Of a stretch of DNA of 28,828 nucleotides, positions 28,339 through 28,828 are shown piece after piece; position 1 is the stretch's first letter; each line of letters starts with the position of its first letter. Origin of the DNA: Deinococcaceae bacterium (GTDB taxonomy: Bacteria; Deinococcota; Deinococci; Deinococcales; Trueperaceae); assembly GCA_040256005.1 (NCBI GenBank), contig JBDZWC010000028.1, positions 1 through 28,828 on the forward strand. Direction: 5' to 3'. The notes under the pieces are model-generated. The model was given only the letters and a program-made list of their open reading frames with translations, searched no databases and was not told the DNA's origin. Both the position numbers and the translations under genes were made by a program.

Positions 28339-28828
28339 TCACAGACCCACGAAAGGCGCCCAAACACGGTAGTAGGCGAAGGACCAGATGGTGAGGCCGA
28401 CGAGCACGGTGGCGGCCGAGGATGCCAACACGTGAAGCTGGACCTCGCGGTCGGCGCCCCGCGTGATCAGGTAGCCGACGAGGGCGCCGAACCCCAGCAT
28501 GATCACCAGCCCGATGAGCGGTCCCGGCTCCAACAGGCCGAGAGCGGGCACCCGCAGGTTCACGAGCAACACGATCAGGGGTGGTACCAGCACGCCCACC
28601 CAGCCGCCGACCACCAGGGGTCGGACCCTGACGGGCCGGAAGCGTGCCAGGAGCACGCTCAGCAGGAAGAGCAGCGGGGCCAGCGCGACCGTGCCCATGA
28701 CCCCGACGATCACGGCCGTGAGCGCCTGGCCCGCCGCCTCCTGGGCCACGTTCCAAGGGCTCCACCCCATGGTCGCGGCCACCCTGTCGCTGAGCGTGGG
28801 CTCGAACGGGACGCTGTCGTCGCTCGCG
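28339..28828 (-). CDS. Hypothetical multi-pass membrane protein, C-terminal part
   Basis: The frame of track ORF 28339..28782 stays open to the window edge (ASDDSVPFEPTLSDRVAATMGW...); about four hydrophobic segments. Confidence 0.65.
   Translation of the reverse strand, partial: ASDDSVPFEPTLSDRVAATMGWSPWNVAQEAAGQALTAVIVGVMGTVALAPLLFLLSVLLARFRPVRVRPLVVGGWVGVLVPPLIVLLVNLRVPALGLLEPGPLIGLVIMLGFGALVGYLITRGADREVQLHVLASSAATVLVGLTIWSFAYYRVWAPFVGL

Overview
High-GC chromosomal window of mostly housekeeping genes, most consistent with a Deinococcota (Truepera/Deinococcus/Thermus-like) bacterium. That assignment is inferred from a DdrI/SdrP-type CRP regulator, CarD, DivIVA together with an Omp85/BamA protein, a recF-DUF721 pair and many leaderless-type TANNNT boxes 6-7 nt before start codons. 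Gene order: partial DUF2207 membrane protein (-), ABC permease (-), RodZ-like (-), psuG (-), FUN14 protein (+), groES-groEL (+, CIRCE), gpmI, dciA-like, recF (all -), sufS-sufU (+), divIVA and purine nucleoside phosphorylase (-), BamA-like (+), DUF285/BspA-like surface lipoprotein (-), CRP/DdrI-like (-), ychF (-), hom-thrC (+), MBL hydrolase, S41 peptidase, PfkB kinase, rsmA, carD and a partial membrane protein (all -). I saw no rRNA, tRNA, CRISPR array, transposase, integrase or defence system, and no clear-cut new multi-gene system. The best leads are regulatory: a CRP-type palindrome at class II position before the surface lipoprotein gene next to its candidate regulator, a possible non-canonical (ATA) start for rsmA, and CIRCE plus HAIR-like boxes at groESL. 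A RodZ carrying a PEGA-like insertion in an envelope gene cluster is also worth checking. All family calls are by motif recognition, not database search.
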